The translations under genes were made by a program, and so were the position numbers. A DNA stretch of 56,408 nt from a virus (taxonomy: Duplodnaviria; Heunggongvirae; Uroviricota; Caudoviricetes), in the IMG/VR virus record IMGVR_UViG_3300026549_002476; one strand, 5' to 3'. Below are positions 55,642-56,408 of the stretch, one piece after another (within the stretch, counting starts at the first letter, position 1; each line of letters opens with the position of its first letter). The notes under the pieces are model-generated. The model was not told the origin of the DNA. It ran no database searches and saw nothing but the letters and a program-made list of their open reading frames with translations.

Positions 55642-56408
55642 ATGACTAGCAAGCAAATGGCTGAAGAAGTCAAACAAAAAGTAACCATACCAATGTATTT
55701 CTATCAAATAATCGTTCCACAGATGGGTAGCTATTATGATGTTTATCCAGTAGATTTTGATAGTAAACCTGTTGTATGTTGCCCATTACATGACGAAGAT
55801 ACACCATCATTTAGGTATTATGAAAATACAAGTTCTTTTTACTGTTTTGGTTGCCAAAGAGGTGGAGACGTAATATCTTTGCATAGATACTATGCAGAAA
55901 GGATGAATGGAACAAAGCCATCTTATTTTGAAGCAGTTCAATTCCTATATAATTTTTTTGTAAATGGTAGAGATCTTAAACCATTTAAAACAGACATAGG
56001 AATACTTAAGAAACCAGAGTTAAATAGTGATAAGGACTTAGTAAAAATAAATATTTACAGAGTAAATTTGGAAAGCAGTATAAATGCAGATAGAAATATA
56101 AGTTTTGTTGCTAAGAAGATCATTTGGAAGGCTCTAGATGACATAGATATGTTACTTTCGAAAGACTTAATTTCTGTGAGTGATGCAAGACAATATCTTG
56201 AAGAAACAGTTAGAAAAGCAATAACAGCTAATGAAACTATTAATAGACCAGTGTATAGTTCAAAAGTTAAGGAACATAATATGATAGATGAAGGTACTGA
56301 TGAGAATAAGCAAGTTAAACATGTAAAGATGATTCCTGCACCTCCTAAAGAATTAAGAAGACAAAAGGGGCCAACTATCCTAAGTCAGAGTAATGGAGAA
56401 GTTGAATT
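55642..56408 (+). CDS. CHC2 (DnaG-type) zinc-finger protein, 3'-partial (not in the ORF track)
   Basis: ATG at 55642. I read the frame as open to the window end. Contains CCPLHDEDTPSF.....FYCFGCQRGGDVI. Confidence 0.85.
   Translation, partial: MTSKQMAEEVKQKVTIPMYFYQIIVPQMGSYYDVYPVDFDSKPVVCCPLHDEDTPSFRYYENTSSFYCFGCQRGGDVISLHRYYAERMNGTKPSYFEAVQFLYNFFVNGRDLKPFKTDIGILKKPELNSDKDLVKINIYRVNLESSINADRNISFVAKKIIWKALDDIDMLLSKDLISVSDARQYLEETVRKAITANETINRPVYSSKVKEHNMIDEGTDENKQVKHVKMIPAPPKELRRQKGPTILSQSNGEVE

Noticed and set aside
1-56408. Alternative genetic code (stop-codon reassignment as in some gut jumbo phages)
   Set aside because: Code 11 gives long intact ORFs with high coding density, and TAA, TAG and TGA all occur as genuine stops ahead of RBSs or terminators.

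Overview
AT-rich window (roughly 30% GC by eye). About 60 credible genes are all on the + strand, with Firmicutes-style RBSs, sigma-A-like promoters and long hairpin terminators. There are no rRNA, tRNA, CRISPR or ribosomal-protein clusters and no recognisable capsid, terminase or tail genes. The content best fits part of a jumbo phage or other giant extrachromosomal element of a Clostridia-like host (inference). It combines nucleic-acid functions (metallophosphoesterase, TROVE-like/vWA DUF2828 protein, guanylate kinase-like protein, NAD-dependent ligase in two genes, NERD, OGG1-like glycosylase, PIF1-like helicase, HD protein, CHC2 zinc finger) with a cell-envelope set (2395-aa Cna-B adhesin, class A PBP, signal peptidase I, lipoproteins, CHAP-like and transglutaminase-like proteins, GT-C-like membrane protein, MscS, DUF1002) and many orphans. 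Main observations: (1) a repeated, covarying structured-RNA-like motif (TGTGAnnCTwACAGCAAT) in the leader of the TROVE-like gene, with a third permuted copy upstream; (2) LigA split at the OB/zinc-finger boundary into two ORFs 3.4 kb apart, with a NUMOD protein and a 45-bp IS200/IS605-like scar just before the second half; (3) an unnamed ~65-aa domain recurring in about 8 genes, alone, in tandem, or fused to the ligase and LRR proteins; (4) in-frame 21-bp tandem repeats in five proteins. All family calls are from motif recognition by eye; no database searches were run.
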